A stretch of 64,000 bases of DNA from Oscillospiraceae bacterium (GCA_045595705.1 JAZOBA010000116.1:90-64089), one strand, 5' to 3'. Counted from the first letter of the stretch, positions 21,898 through 32,140 are shown. Notes: generated from the sequence alone by a model not told the origin. Made by a program: numbers and translations.

Positions 21898-24498
21898 ATG
21901 CCCGATGCAACCACTCCCATGATGAAACAATATCTCGCCATTAAGGAACAGCATCCTGACTGTCTGCTGTTCTTCCGCCTGGGCGATTTTTACGAGATGT
22001 TCAACGAGGATGCCAAGGTGGGTTCCCGGGAACTGGACCTGACCCTGACCACCCGTGATCGCAACAAGCCGGAGGATCAGCGCACCCCCATGTGCGGTGT
22101 GCCCTATCATTCGGCCGAGTCCTACATTGCCCGCCTGATTGCCAAGGGATACAAGGTTGCCATCTGTGAGCAGATGGAGGACCCCGCCCTTGCCAAGGGT
22201 ATCGTGGAACGTGACATCATCCGCATAGTCACCCCCGGCACAGTCATCGACTCCTCCATGCTGGACGAGGGGCGAAACAACTTCATTTGTGCCATTTACA
22301 TGGACGCCATGACGGCCGGACTGAGCTTCTGCGACATGTCCACCGGCGAGTGCTTTGCCACGTCTTTTGCCGGCTCCGGGCTGACCGATCATCTGATCAA
22401 TGAGGTGGGCCGGTTCAATCCTCGGGAAGCAGTGCTGTCCGACGGCGCTTACAACGATGAAGCGCTGGTGGAATTTCTGCGCGGCCGGCTGAACTGCCGC
22501 TGCGAAAACGGCGGTGAGCATCGCTTCCGTGCCGATGTGGCGGTTCCCGTGGCCGACAAACAGTTCCGCAAGCGGGTCAATCCCCCTGAGCGCAACGAAC
22601 AGGAGGCTCTGGTGGCCGCCGGTGCCCTGCTGTCTTATCTGTATGAGACCCAGAAAACCGATCTGTCCCATCTGTCCACCCTGAACTTCTATTCCGGCGG
22701 ACAGTTTATGGAATTGGACCTGACCGCCCGCCGCAACCTGGAACTGACCGAAACTCTGCGCTCCAAGGAAAAGAAGGGCAGCCTGCTCTGGGTTCTGGAC
22801 AAGACCCGGACCGCCATGGGCCGCCGCCTGATTCGAACCTGGCTGGAGCGGCCGCTGCTCTCCCCTGTTCAAATCAACCGCCGTCTGGGCGCTGTGCAGG
22901 AACTGGTAGAGGATGCTATCGGCCGGGAAGAAATCATTCTCTGTCTGAAGGAAATCACCGATCTGGAGCGTCTGATCGGGCGCATTGTTTACGGCACCGC
23001 CGGCGGCCGCGATCTGGTGGCCCTGGCACGGGGCCTGGATAAACTACCCACCCTGCAGCGGCTGATGGACGAGTGCTCCTCCGCCCTGCTGGTGTCTCTG
23101 CGGCAGGAACTGGACGGCCTGCCCGATCTTTGCCGCACGCTGTTTGAAGCCATTGTGGATGAGCCTCCCTTCACGGTGCGCGACGGCGGTATCATCCGCC
23201 GTGGCTGGAACGCCGAGGTGGACCGCCTGCACGATTTGCTGGAAAACGGCAATCAACTGCTGGCCGGTATCGAAGCCCGGGAAAAGGAACGCACAGGTAT
23301 CAAGAATCTGAAGGTGCGCTTCAACAAGGTGTTTGGTTATTACATCGAGGTGTCCAAGTCCAATTACGACTTGGTGCCCGATGATTACATCCGTAAGCAG
23401 ACTCTGGTCAACTGCGAGCGTTTCATTACCCAGGAACTGAAGGATCTGGAGCACGACATCCTGTCGGCACAGGACCGTGTGACCGCTCTGGAGTACGAAC
23501 TGTTCTGCCAGCTGCGTCAGCAGTGCGCCGACCGTGTGGCTGAGATCCAGCGCACTGCCGGTGCCGTGGCACAGGTAGACGTACTGGCTTCCTTTGCCGC
23601 CGTGGCCGCCGCCAATCGCTACTGCCGCCCCGAGGTGGATCTGTCCGATAAGCTGGAGATCACCGAAGGCCGCCACCCCGTGGTGGAGCAGATGCTCAAG
23701 GACTCCCTGTTTGTACCCAACGATACGTTGATGGACGGCGGCGACAATCTGCTGGCCATTATCACCGGTCCCAACATGGCAGGTAAGTCTACCTACATGC
23801 GTCAGGTGGCGCTGATCACCCTGATGGCACAGGTGGGTTCCTTCGTGCCGGCCAAGGCCGCCCATGTGGGCGTTGTGGATCGGGTGTTTACCCGCATTGG
23901 CGCTTCGGATGACTTGAGCGCGGGAGCCTCCACGTTCATGGTGGAGATGAACGAGGTGGCCGAACTACTGAAAAACGCCACTGCCAAGAGCCTGCTGATT
24001 CTGGACGAGATCGGCCGTGGCACCTCCACCTACGATGGAATGGCCATCGCCCGCGCCGTGTTGGAGTACTGCGCTGACAAGAAGCGGCTGGGCTGCAAGA
24101 CCCTGTTTGCCACCCACTACCATGAGCTGACCGTGCTGGAAGGCCAGCTGTCCGGCGTCAAGAACTACAACATTGCCGCCAAAAAGAAGAAAGACGATAT
24201 TATTTTCCTGCGCAAGATCGTGCCTGGCGGTGCCGACCGGAGTTACGGCATCGAGGTTGCCCAGTTGGCCGGTGTCCCCAACCGCGTTATTGACCGGGCA
24301 CGGGATATTCTGGATGAACTGCATCAGCAGGGCTGGGTGCCCGCCGTCCCTGCGGCGGCCGCGCCCGGAAACGAACAGATTTCACTGGGTGATATGGGCA
24401 GCGCCGAAGTGGCCGAAATTCTTCGCCGCACGGCAGTAGAGACCCTGACCCCCATTGAGGCCATGAACCTGCTGTACGAACTGAAACAGAAACTGTAA
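21898..24498 (+). CDS. mutS: DNA mismatch repair protein MutS
   Basis: N-terminal TPMMKQYL, Walker A GPNMAGKST and a DE box LILDEIGRGTST. The ATG at 21898 lies 9 nt after an AAAGGAG RBS. Confidence 0.97.
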   Translation: MPDATTPMMKQYLAIKEQHPDCLLFFRLGDFYEMFNEDAKVGSRELDLTLTTRDRNKPEDQRTPMCGVPYHSAESYIARLIAKGYKVAICEQMEDPALAKGIVERDIIRIVTPGTVIDSSMLDEGRNNFICAIYMDAMTAGLSFCDMSTGECFATSFAGSGLTDHLINEVGRFNPREAVLSDGAYNDEALVEFLRGRLNCRCENGGEHRFRADVAVPVADKQFRKRVNPPERNEQEALVAAGALLSYLYETQKTDLSHLSTLNFYSGGQFMELDLTARRNLELTETLRSKEKKGSLLWVLDKTRTAMGRRLIRTWLERPLLSPVQINRRLGAVQELVEDAIGREEIILCLKEITDLERLIGRIVYGTAGGRDLVALARGLDKLPTLQRLMDECSSALLVSLRQELDGLPDLCRTLFEAIVDEPPFTVRDGGIIRRGWNAEVDRLHDLLENGNQLLAGIEAREKERTGIKNLKVRFNKVFGYYIEVSKSNYDLVPDDYIRKQTLVNCERFITQELKDLEHDILSAQDRVTALEYELFCQLRQQCADRVAEIQRTAGAVAQVDVLASFAAVAAANRYCRPEVDLSDKLEITEGRHPVVEQMLKDSLFVPNDTLMDGGDNLLAIITGPNMAGKSTYMRQVALITLMAQVGSFVPAKAAHVGVVDRVFTRIGASDDLSAGASTFMVEMNEVAELLKNATAKSLLILDEIGRGTSTYDGMAIARAVLEYCADKKRLGCKTLFATHYHELTVLEGQLSGVKNYNIAAKKKKDDIIFLRKIVPGGADRSYGIEVAQLAGVPNRVIDRARDILDELHQQGWVPAVPAAAAPGNEQISLGDMGSAEVAEILRRTAVETLTPIEAMNLLYELKQKL

Positions 24499-24528
24499 AA
24501 ATCAATCAGCCGCAAGGGAGGGAACCCC

Positions 24529-25224
24529 ATGGCACAAAGACGTTGGAGACCCCAGCTGACCCGGGAAGAGCAGCAACGCGGGTATGTGTTTTTTGCGCTG
24601 TTTTTCCTGGTGTTCCCTGTTCTGAAGATGGGTGTGGAGTGGGTTTTTGACCATTTCTTTGAACTATACCTGTCCGAGGCGGTGTCGGCAGCCGTTTATT
24701 ACTACATCATGGCCGTGCTGACCGTGGTAGTATTCTGGTCCTTTTTGAAGAATGCCGGAACCATTCTGATGCGATTCCTGCCGGAAAACCTGCTGGCGCT
24801 GATCACAGGCTTTGTGGGCGGACAACTGTTATCTCTTTTGTTTGGGTTGTTTCCCTGGCCGGTGAAAGACCCCAATCCGATTATCTGGGCCGAGCAATAT
24901 GCCTACTCCCCTGCGGCCACCGTTCTGATTGTGGTGATTCTGGTTCCCATTGTGGAAGAGGTGCTGTTCCGGGGATTGCTGTTTGGCTCCCTGCGCAAGC
25001 GCAGCCGTACCCTGGCATGGATCGCTTCGGTGGGTCTGTTCATGGTGTACAGCGTGTGGACTTTCGCCGTGGCCTACGGGGATGCCCGATATCTGATTCT
25101 GGCTCTGCGGTATCTGCCCATGTCGCTGGCGCTGACCTGGTGCTACGACCGGGGCGGCTCAGTCTGGTCGGCGATCCTCCTGCATGCCATATTCCATGCC
25201 ATCGTTTTGTTTGGCGCTGTCTGA
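24529..25224 (+). CDS. CPBP-family intramembrane glutamic endopeptidase (CAAX protease-like)
   Basis: Polytopic membrane protein with the EEVLFRG motif and a distal HAIFH motif. Confidence 0.8.
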   Translation: MAQRRWRPQLTREEQQRGYVFFALFFLVFPVLKMGVEWVFDHFFELYLSEAVSAAVYYYIMAVLTVVVFWSFLKNAGTILMRFLPENLLALITGFVGGQLLSLLFGLFPWPVKDPNPIIWAEQYAYSPAATVLIVVILVPIVEEVLFRGLLFGSLRKRSRTLAWIASVGLFMVYSVWTFAVAYGDARYLILALRYLPMSLALTWCYDRGGSVWSAILLHAIFHAIVLFGAV

Positions 25225-25247
25225 TACAGCGCAGTTAGGAGAATGTT

Positions 25248-27194
25248 ATGCCTCATATTCAACAACTTCCCTCCCATGTGGCAGACTTAATCGCCGCCGG
25301 CGAAGTGGTGGAACGCCCTGCCAGCGTGGTCAAGGAACTGCTGGAAAACTCCATTGATGCCGGAGCGGCCAATGTGACTGTGGAAATCCGCAGCGGCGGT
25401 ATGTCCATGATCCGTGTCACCGATGACGGCTGCGGCATTGCCCCCGAGGAGGCCGAAACCGCCTTTTTGCGCCATGCTACCAGCAAGATCCGCACCGAGT
25501 ACGATCTGGAGTCCATCGGTACGCTGGGTTTCCGCGGTGAGGCATTGGCTGCCGTAGCCGCCGTGTCCCGGGTGGATTTGATGACCCGTGTGGCCGCAGC
25601 TCCCCTTGGAATCGCCCTGTCGCTGGAAGGTGGCGTGGTCACGGAAAAGGAGGAGAGCGGCTGTCCGGTGGGCACTACCATGGTCATCCGTGACCTGTTT
25701 TTCAACACCCCTGCCCGACTGAAGTTTATCAAGCGTGACGCGGCAGAAGGGGCCGCCGTTCTGGCCGTGGTCCAAAATGAGGCGCTGGCCCATCCTGAGG
25801 TGGCCATTACCTTGATCCGCGAAGGGAAAACCGAACTGCGCACCCCCGGTGACGGACAGCTGAAGTCGGCGCTGTACAGCGTGTTCGGCCGTGATATTGC
25901 CCTGGGATTTATTCCTGTTAAAGGAAGCGGTGAGAGCGGTATTACGGTATCCGGGTTTGCCAGCATGCCGGTGTGCTGCCGTGGCACCCGCGGCTACCAG
26001 CACTTCTTCGTCAACGGCCGCTACATCAAGTCCAAGACCATGACGGCTGCTTTGGAGCAGGCCTATGCCAACCAGCGCATGGTGGGCAAGTTCCCCGGCT
26101 GTGTGATCCATGTGAACACCAAATTGTCCTCGGTGGATGTCAATGTCCATCCCACCAAGACCGAGGTGAAGTTTGTTTCGGAGCGCCAGATTTTTGACGC
26201 TGTGTACCATGCCGTGCTGTCCGCGCTCAGCGGCAGCGAGTCTCCCCGACCCACCGTGAATCTGGAAAAACCCAAGCCGGTGGATACAGTGACCCCTAAC
26301 CAGACTGTCCTGACCCTGCACGATGTGGCCCGCCCGGTGGAAAAGAAACCGGTTGAGCCCTTCGTGCCGGTGCGGACCGAGCCGGTCCGCCCTGTGGTGG
26401 AGCCGGTCAAGCCGCAGCCGATAGCGGTATCTGGCCGTACGGGTTCAAGTCCCGTCACCCCGGAAAAGAAAGAAATTCCTGTTTGGACTCCCCCGCCTGC
26501 AGCCCCTAAAGTCGAGCAGGAAAACCCGGTTGTTTCTGCTGTCCCGAATAAGCCGGAACCTGCGGTGGAACAACCGCCCGTGGTCCAAAGTCAACCGGAA
26601 GAACTTGCTCCTGTTGTCCCCGAGGTCGAACCGTGGAAGATGCTGGGCGAAGCATTCAACACGTACATCATTGTGGAGCAGGGCGGAAAGCTTCTGCTGA
26701 TTGACAAGCACGCTGCCCATGAGCGTATGTGGTTTGATACGCTGAAAAGCCGCGACTGGCGGCCCATGAGCCAGATGCTTATGACGCCGGTGGTGCTTAA
26801 GCCAGCCCCTGAAGAACAGGCTGTTCTGCTGGAGCGCACCGAGTTGCTGGCAGAGTTTGGCTTTGAGGTGGAAGATTTCGGCGGCGGCGCCCTGATCGTG
26901 CGTCAGGTGCCCCACGACATTGATGTGGAGCAGACCGAATCTGCGCTGGTGGAACTGGCATCCCGTCTGCTGACCACCGGAGGCCGGGCCGACCCCAGTG
27001 CTGCCCGGGATGCTCTGCTGCACACCATGGCCTGCAAGGCGGCCATCAAGGGTGGTCAGAAGAACGGACCTGCCGAACTGGAAAAAGTGGCCCGCGCTGT
27101 CATGAACGGTGAGGTAAAATATTGTCCCCACGGCCGCCCGGTGGCCATTGAACTGACCCGTGCCCAGCTGGAAAAGCAGTTTAAGCGGGCGTAA
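25248..27194 (+). CDS. mutL: DNA mismatch repair protein MutL
   Basis: GHKL ATPase N-terminus (IAAGEVVERPASVVKELLENSIDAG), a Pro-rich linker and a C-terminal dimerisation/endonuclease domain containing DKHAAHER. Confidence 0.96.
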   Translation: MPHIQQLPSHVADLIAAGEVVERPASVVKELLENSIDAGAANVTVEIRSGGMSMIRVTDDGCGIAPEEAETAFLRHATSKIRTEYDLESIGTLGFRGEALAAVAAVSRVDLMTRVAAAPLGIALSLEGGVVTEKEESGCPVGTTMVIRDLFFNTPARLKFIKRDAAEGAAVLAVVQNEALAHPEVAITLIREGKTELRTPGDGQLKSALYSVFGRDIALGFIPVKGSGESGITVSGFASMPVCCRGTRGYQHFFVNGRYIKSKTMTAALEQAYANQRMVGKFPGCVIHVNTKLSSVDVNVHPTKTEVKFVSERQIFDAVYHAVLSALSGSESPRPTVNLEKPKPVDTVTPNQTVLTLHDVARPVEKKPVEPFVPVRTEPVRPVVEPVKPQPIAVSGRTGSSPVTPEKKEIPVWTPPPAAPKVEQENPVVSAVPNKPEPAVEQPPVVQSQPEELAPVVPEVEPWKMLGEAFNTYIIVEQGGKLLLIDKHAAHERMWFDTLKSRDWRPMSQMLMTPVVLKPAPEEQAVLLERTELLAEFGFEVEDFGGGALIVRQVPHDIDVEQTESALVELASRLLTTGGRADPSAARDALLHTMACKAAIKGGQKNGPAELEKVARAVMNGEVKYCPHGRPVAIELTRAQLEKQFKRA

Positions 27195-27241
27195 CGGAAT
27201 AAGGACGGGTGCGGTATGCGCCCGCAGAAAAGAGGATTTTC

Positions 27242-28741
27242 ATGGAACTGAAAACCGCACTGGAGCAACTGAAGGACCTTCAGTTAAAGCAATACGCATA
27301 TGGCTGCGCCGAATCCGCCCTCTATCTGGACGGTGTTACCGTGGCACCCCGGGATACCTCGGAGGGTCGCGGCGTGGCGTTGGGCATTCTGGCCGGCGAG
27401 AGCCACAAACTTTTTGCTGACCCCAAAGTGGGCGAACTGCTGGAATTTTTGACCGAGCACGCCCAGGAACTGGAGTTCTCCCAGCGTCGTCAGGTGGAGG
27501 AACTGCGCCGCAGTTACCGCCAGATTTCCCGCATTCCCGCCGAAGAATATATGGAATACGCTATGTTGACCAATGAGGCCAGCGATGTGTGGCACCGGGC
27601 CAAGGAAAACAGTGATTTTGAACTGTTCCGCCCTGTGCTGGAGAAACTGGTGGCATTCAATCGCAAATTCGCCGGTTATTATGACAGCACCAAGGCCCCT
27701 TACGATGCCCTGCTCAACGAGTACGAGCGCGGTGTGGATATGGCCTATCTGGATGAATTCTTTGCCGCCATTCGCGCCAAATTGGTCCCCCTGATTCGTG
27801 CCATCGGGGAGAAAGAACAGATCGAGGATGGCTTCCTGTACCACACCTATCCTTTGGAAGATCAGCGCAGGTTCTCCGATTATCTGATGGAAGTTATGGG
27901 TCTGGACCGCGCCCACTGCGGCATCGGGGAGACCGAGCACCCCTTCACCTTGAATTTCAACAACAAGGATGTCCGCATCACTACGAATTATCAAGAAAAT
28001 AATGTGGCCGATTCCATGTATTCGGTTATCCACGAAGGCGGTCATGCCATGTATGAACTTCAAGTGGGTGACGAGGTTCAGTACACCTGTCTAGCCGGCG
28101 GTGTGTCCATGGGTGTCCACGAAAGCCAGTCTCGATTCTATGAGAACCTTATCGGCCGTTCCCTGCCCTTTGTGCAGGCAATCTTCCCCCGTATGCAGGA
28201 AATCTTCCCTGCCCAGCTGGCAGATGTAACGGCGGAGCAGTTCTACCGTGCGGTCAACAAAGCCCAACCCTCGCTGATTCGCACAGAGGCCGACGAGCTG
28301 ACCTATAGCTTCCACGTCATGGTGCGCTATGAGATCGAAAAGCAGCTCATCGGCGGCACGCTGGAAGTCAAGGATGTTCCTGCTGAGTGGAACCGACTGT
28401 ACAAGGAATACCTGGGTGTGGATGTGCCCGATGACAAGCGCGGCTGTCTGCAGGACTCTCACTGGTCGGGTGGCTCCTTTGGTTACTTCCCCTCCTATGC
28501 CCTGGGCAGTGCCTATGCCGCTCAAATGTTGCGCAACATGGAGCAGGAAATCGATGTATGGGGCCCTGTGGCACAGGGCGACCTGTCCGGAGTGTCTGCA
28601 TGGCTTGCTGACAAGGTGCATCATTTCGGTTGCCTGCTGGAGCCGGCGCAGGTGGTGGAAAATGCCTGTGGCAAATTTGATCCCATGGTTTATGTGGACT
28701 ATCTTGTGAAAAAGTATTCCGAACTTTACGGGCTGAATTAA
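27242..28741 (+). CDS. Carboxypeptidase M32 (Taq-type thermostable metallocarboxypeptidase family)
   Basis: Motifs HPF, HEGGHAMYE (HExxH), HESQSRFYEN and IRTEADE. The ATG at 27242 follows an AGAGGA RBS. Confidence 0.88.
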   Translation: MELKTALEQLKDLQLKQYAYGCAESALYLDGVTVAPRDTSEGRGVALGILAGESHKLFADPKVGELLEFLTEHAQELEFSQRRQVEELRRSYRQISRIPAEEYMEYAMLTNEASDVWHRAKENSDFELFRPVLEKLVAFNRKFAGYYDSTKAPYDALLNEYERGVDMAYLDEFFAAIRAKLVPLIRAIGEKEQIEDGFLYHTYPLEDQRRFSDYLMEVMGLDRAHCGIGETEHPFTLNFNNKDVRITTNYQENNVADSMYSVIHEGGHAMYELQVGDEVQYTCLAGGVSMGVHESQSRFYENLIGRSLPFVQAIFPRMQEIFPAQLADVTAEQFYRAVNKAQPSLIRTEADELTYSFHVMVRYEIEKQLIGGTLEVKDVPAEWNRLYKEYLGVDVPDDKRGCLQDSHWSGGSFGYFPSYALGSAYAAQMLRNMEQEIDVWGPVAQGDLSGVSAWLADKVHHFGCLLEPAQVVENACGKFDPMVYVDYLVKKYSELYGLN

Positions 28742-28750
28742 CGCGAAAAA

Positions 28751-28782
28751 CCGCTCTCTGCCACAGCAGAGAGCGGTTTTTT
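28751..28782. terminator. Bidirectional terminator between convergent genes
   Basis: CCGCTCTCTGC-CACA-GCAGAGAGCGG, with AAAAA upstream and TTTTTT downstream. Confidence 0.8.
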
Positions 28783-29639
28783 CAGTCAAAAGCCAATCCA
28801 AGGTAAGGTTGGTTGGCAGCGTCCCAGCGCTTGGCGGCGATGGGGTCATACCATTTGATCATGCCAAAGTCTTTGCGCTTCAGGCGACTGTCCGGATAAA
28901 AGGCGGGGCGGCGGAGGATGAACCGCTTGGTGCAGACGGCTTGCGCCACCAGCGCCAAAGCGCCCTCCAGTCCGTCCGGGGCAATCAGCAGCTCTTTGAT
29001 GACGGCGGTACCGTCCCATTGCTCCACGGCGGCGCAGCCGGGCATGCCGTTGACCTTGAGGGACAACAGACTGCCGTCGGAATAACGGCACAGGTTTTCC
29101 TGCAGGCCGGTCAAAGGACCGTAAGACACATGAAATCGGTCGGCCAGAACTTGTTCACGCAGGGTATCGTACCGAGCGGCATCCACCGGCAGCGAGGTTT
29201 CATTTTCCTGTACAGCGCGCGGAGTGATCTCCCCTTCCAATAGGGAGAAGAACTCGGAAAAGCCGAATTTGGCATAGAAGGTGTGCAGTTCGGGCGTGGC
29301 GGGCATGGTGACCAGACAGTCCCGCTTGCCGCGCAGGTAAAAATCGGCGTAATTCAGCAGCTGTGCGGCAAAACCGCGCCCTTGATGGTCGGGATGGGTA
29401 CCCATTGCGTACAGATAAGCGGCCTTGACGGTTTTGCCGTCCGGTTCGGATAGGGACAGGTTGAGCAGACCGGCCATGGCCCGGGCCTCGCCGTCTTCCC
29501 GCAAAATCAGAAATTCTTCCGGACGGTAGAAATGGTCGAAATACAGGCCGGAAATCTCCGGTCCGTCCCCAAAACAGAGGCGGAACAGTTCCTGCAGTTC
29601 GGGGACCTCTTCCGGCAGGGATTTTCTCAATTCAATCAT
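28782..29639 (-). CDS. GNAT-family N-acetyltransferase with C-terminal extension (Eis/SCP2-like)
   Basis: The acetyl-CoA-binding block is HPDHQGRGFAAQLL. The true ATG is at 29637-29639 (MIELRKSL..); the track ORF extends to 29768. Confidence 0.75.
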   Translation of the reverse strand: MIELRKSLPEEVPELQELFRLCFGDGPEISGLYFDHFYRPEEFLILREDGEARAMAGLLNLSLSEPDGKTVKAAYLYAMGTHPDHQGRGFAAQLLNYADFYLRGKRDCLVTMPATPELHTFYAKFGFSEFFSLLEGEITPRAVQENETSLPVDAARYDTLREQVLADRFHVSYGPLTGLQENLCRYSDGSLLSLKVNGMPGCAAVEQWDGTAVIKELLIAPDGLEGALALVAQAVCTKRFILRRPAFYPDSRLKRKDFGMIKWYDPIAAKRWDAANQPYLGLAFD

Positions 29640-29688
29640 AACAAATTCCTTAAAAGACAGCCCCCATCGAACCGATGGGGGCCGGATA

Positions 29689-29904
29689 TCAGATTTGGGG
29701 ATGCACGTCACTCTTCTTGGGCAGGATGATGGCAGCGGCAATGTACAGCCACAGGCCGATGCTGCCACACAGGCAAAGGGCTAAGGTGATCAGACGCATC
29801 AGTCCGGCGTCCACATTGAAATACTCGGCCAGACCGCCGCTGACACCGGCCAGCTTGGCGCCGTCTTCTTTTCCCAGTCGATACAGTTTCTTGGGTTCGT
29901 TCAT
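29689..29904 (-). CDS. PspC-domain membrane protein
   Basis: 71 aa. KLYRLGKEDGAKLAGVSGGLAEYFNVDAGLMRL followed by one TM helix is the classic PspC domain. Confidence 0.8.
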   Translation of the reverse strand: MNEPKKLYRLGKEDGAKLAGVSGGLAEYFNVDAGLMRLITLALCLCGSIGLWLYIAAAIILPKKSDVHPQI

Positions 29905-29931
29905 GATAAAAACCTCCGTTTCAGAATGGAT

Positions 29932-31116
29932 TTAGTTTTCTTCGTTCAGGGGAACAAGGCAGCCGTCCTCGTCAAATTTCAGAGCCTCGATGTCGGAATG
30001 GGTGTTTCTCGCGATTTCATCCAGACGGACTCCCTCGGTAACGGTGGACACCAGCGAGTAGGCCACGCCGTGACGCTTGGCACGGCCGGTGCGGCCGATG
30101 CGGTGGATGTAATATTCCAGTTCATCGGGCACATCGTAGTTAAAGACGGCATCGACGTCGTCGATATCCAGACCGCGGGCGGCCACATCGGTGGCCACCA
30201 GCAACTTCAGTTTACCGCTGCGGAATGCTTGCAGAGTGCGTTCGCGAACGCGCTGCTGGATGTCGCCGTGGAGGCACTGGGCGGTAAAACCCTTCATGTT
30301 CAAAAGACCGGTCAGCCGGTCGGTCATGTTCTTGGTGTTGCAGAACACGATGGCCCGGTCATAGCCCTCGGCGATCAGGATGCGCTCCATGGCAGCCAAC
30401 TTTTCGTCGCGGCCGTCCAGATGAATGCGGTACTGCTTGATGTCGGGCTTGTTCTGCTCGTCGGCCTGCACGGTGATTTCCACAGGGTCGCGCTGGTATA
30501 CCCACGAAATGTCCATAACTTCCCGGGAAATGGTGGCCGAGAACATGCCCAGATTTTTGCGCTGGGGCATTTTGTCCAGAATGTGGGTCACATCACGGAC
30601 AAAGCCCATGTCCAGCATGCGGTCAGCCTCGTCCAAAACCACGGTTTCTACCTTATCAAGACGGACAGTGCGTCGCTTCATGTGGTCCATCAGGCGGCCG
30701 GGGGTAGCCACTACGATTTGGGGACGCTTTTTCAATGCGGTGATCTGCTTGTCAATGGGGGCGCCGCCGTACAGGCATATGGTGCGCACACCCTCTTTGA
30801 ACTGGCACAGGTCACGAAGTTCATCCTGGATCTGAATGGCCAGTTCACGGGTGGGAGCCAGCACCAGACCCTGAATGTCATTGGATTCCGGATTGATGTG
30901 CTCCACCATGGGAATGCCGAAGGCAAAGGTCTTGCCGGTGCCGGTGGGGGCCTTGGCAATGACGTCCTTCCACTGCATAAAATAGGGGATGGAGCCGCCC
31001 TGCACAGGAGTGGCCTGCTTATATCCCTTCTTGGCCAGAGCTTTCATAATGGGTTCGGACAGGCCAAGTTGGTCGTACATTACGATTTCGTTGACGATTT
31101 CGCCGTTGATTTCCAT
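29932..31116 (-). CDS. DEAD-box ATP-dependent RNA helicase
   Basis: Q motif (ATPVQ), AKAPTGTGKT, DEAD, SAT and HRIGRTGR. The true start is the ATG at 31114-31116. The upstream part of the 696-aa track ORF is antisense to phzF. Confidence 0.93.
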   Translation of the reverse strand: MEINGEIVNEIVMYDQLGLSEPIMKALAKKGYKQATPVQGGSIPYFMQWKDVIAKAPTGTGKTFAFGIPMVEHINPESNDIQGLVLAPTRELAIQIQDELRDLCQFKEGVRTICLYGGAPIDKQITALKKRPQIVVATPGRLMDHMKRRTVRLDKVETVVLDEADRMLDMGFVRDVTHILDKMPQRKNLGMFSATISREVMDISWVYQRDPVEITVQADEQNKPDIKQYRIHLDGRDEKLAAMERILIAEGYDRAIVFCNTKNMTDRLTGLLNMKGFTAQCLHGDIQQRVRERTLQAFRSGKLKLLVATDVAARGLDIDDVDAVFNYDVPDELEYYIHRIGRTGRAKRHGVAYSLVSTVTEGVRLDEIARNTHSDIEALKFDEDGCLVPLNEEN

Positions 31117-31153
31117 AGTATCGTTCCTTTTATATATTTCTATATTACATTTC

Positions 31154-31182
31154 AATATACCATAGAATGTTTTGAAACGCAA
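31154..31182 (-). promoter_or_regulatory. Putative promoter for the DEAD-box helicase gene
   Basis: On the minus strand: TTGCGT (31177-31182), a 17-nt spacer, then TGgTATATT with the hexamer at 31154-31159. Confidence 0.45.
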
Positions 31183-31189
31183 GGCGGCG

Positions 31190-31218
31190 TTGCATTTGCG
31201 ATCAGAGCATGATAGAAT
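31190..31218 (+). promoter_or_regulatory. Putative promoter for the PhzF-family gene
   Basis: TTGCAT (31190-31195), a 17-nt spacer, then TGaTAGAAT with the hexamer at 31213-31218. Confidence 0.5.
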
Positions 31219-31242
31219 CAGAAAAAATGGGGAGGCGGCGTT

Positions 31243-32100
31243 ATGAAGTTCTACATTGTGGATTGTTTCGCGCAGCAGAAGTATCAGGGCAATCAGCTGG
31301 CAGTGTTCCTGCCGGAGGAGGAATTGTCCACCGAAGAAATGCAGCAGATCGCGCTGGAGATGCACTTCAGCGAGGTGTCCTTCATTTGCTCCGGAAAGCA
31401 GGCTGACGGCGGCTATCGCGTACGCATTTTTACCCCCGATACCGAGGTGCCCTTTGCCGGTCACCCCACACTGGGAACCGCCTATATCATCTGGAAGTAC
31501 CTTGAGCAGGGCCAGACCGATCGCGTGGTACTGAATCTGAACGCCGGACAGATCCCCGTGGCCGTGGAGGGTGATACCCTGATCATGAGTCAGAATCCTC
31601 CTGAGTACGGTGAAGTGGTGGATAAGCACATCTTGGCCGAGATCCTGTCGGTGGATGCCGATTTGATTCGGGATGATTTTCCCATCCAGTGGGTCTCCAC
31701 CGGACTGGCGGCTTATCTGATTCCTATGGTAAATGCCGATGCCGTCAAACAGTGCCGGGTCAACCATGAGCGCTTTGAGCATTTCTTCCTTGAGCACGAC
31801 AAGTGCAGCCTGCTGATGTTCTCGGTGGAGAGCCAAAACGAGCTGAAGGTGCGCGTGTTTATGGATGACACCGGTTTTTTGGAAGACCCCGCCACAGGCA
31901 GTGCCAACGGAGATCTGGCCGGTTATCTGCTGAAGCATGATGTGTTGGACAGCGGGAAAAAGCTGGACTACACCGTGTATCAGGGTGCCGAAGCGCGCCG
32001 CCCCTCGGTGCTGAAAATCCATGCCGAGGAGAATGACGGAACCTTCACCATCCTTGTGGGCGGCAGCGCCTATGTGGTGGCGGAAGGTACTTGGGCATGA
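31243..32100 (+). CDS. PhzF-family phenazine-biosynthesis-like isomerase
   Basis: The N-terminus FYIVDCFAQQKYQGNQLAV, the stretch IFTPDTEVPFAGHPTLG and a late DPATGSANG are typical of PhzF/YddE. Confidence 0.85.
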   Translation: MKFYIVDCFAQQKYQGNQLAVFLPEEELSTEEMQQIALEMHFSEVSFICSGKQADGGYRVRIFTPDTEVPFAGHPTLGTAYIIWKYLEQGQTDRVVLNLNAGQIPVAVEGDTLIMSQNPPEYGEVVDKHILAEILSVDADLIRDDFPIQWVSTGLAAYLIPMVNADAVKQCRVNHERFEHFFLEHDKCSLLMFSVESQNELKVRVFMDDTGFLEDPATGSANGDLAGYLLKHDVLDSGKKLDYTVYQGAEARRPSVLKIHAEENDGTFTILVGGSAYVVAEGTWA

Positions 32101-32112
32101 GTGGATTTGCCG

Positions 32113-32140
32113 TTGACAGGAAAATTCGCTCTGCTATAAT
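32113..32140 (+). promoter_or_regulatory. Near-consensus sigma-70 promoter for ilvE
   Basis: TTGACA (32113-32118), a 16-nt spacer, then TGcTATAAT with the hexamer at 32135-32140. Confidence 0.6.

Noticed and set aside
20410-22872. 454-aa and 333-aa minus-strand ORFs over miaB and the 5' end of mutS
   Set aside because: They are antisense to well-supported genes, with no motifs or RBS. The same reasoning applies to 23044-23865, 25287-26321, 27284-28063, 44491-45879, 47124-48650, 49672-51255, 52982-54397, 55018-56223 and similar track entries.
29932-32022. 696-aa version of the DEAD-box helicase ORF
   Set aside because: The N-terminal roughly 300 residues are antisense to the PhzF-family gene and its promoter region and have no helicase similarity. 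The conserved helicase begins at the ATG at 31114-31116, which has an AAAGGAAC-type RBS and an upstream promoter.
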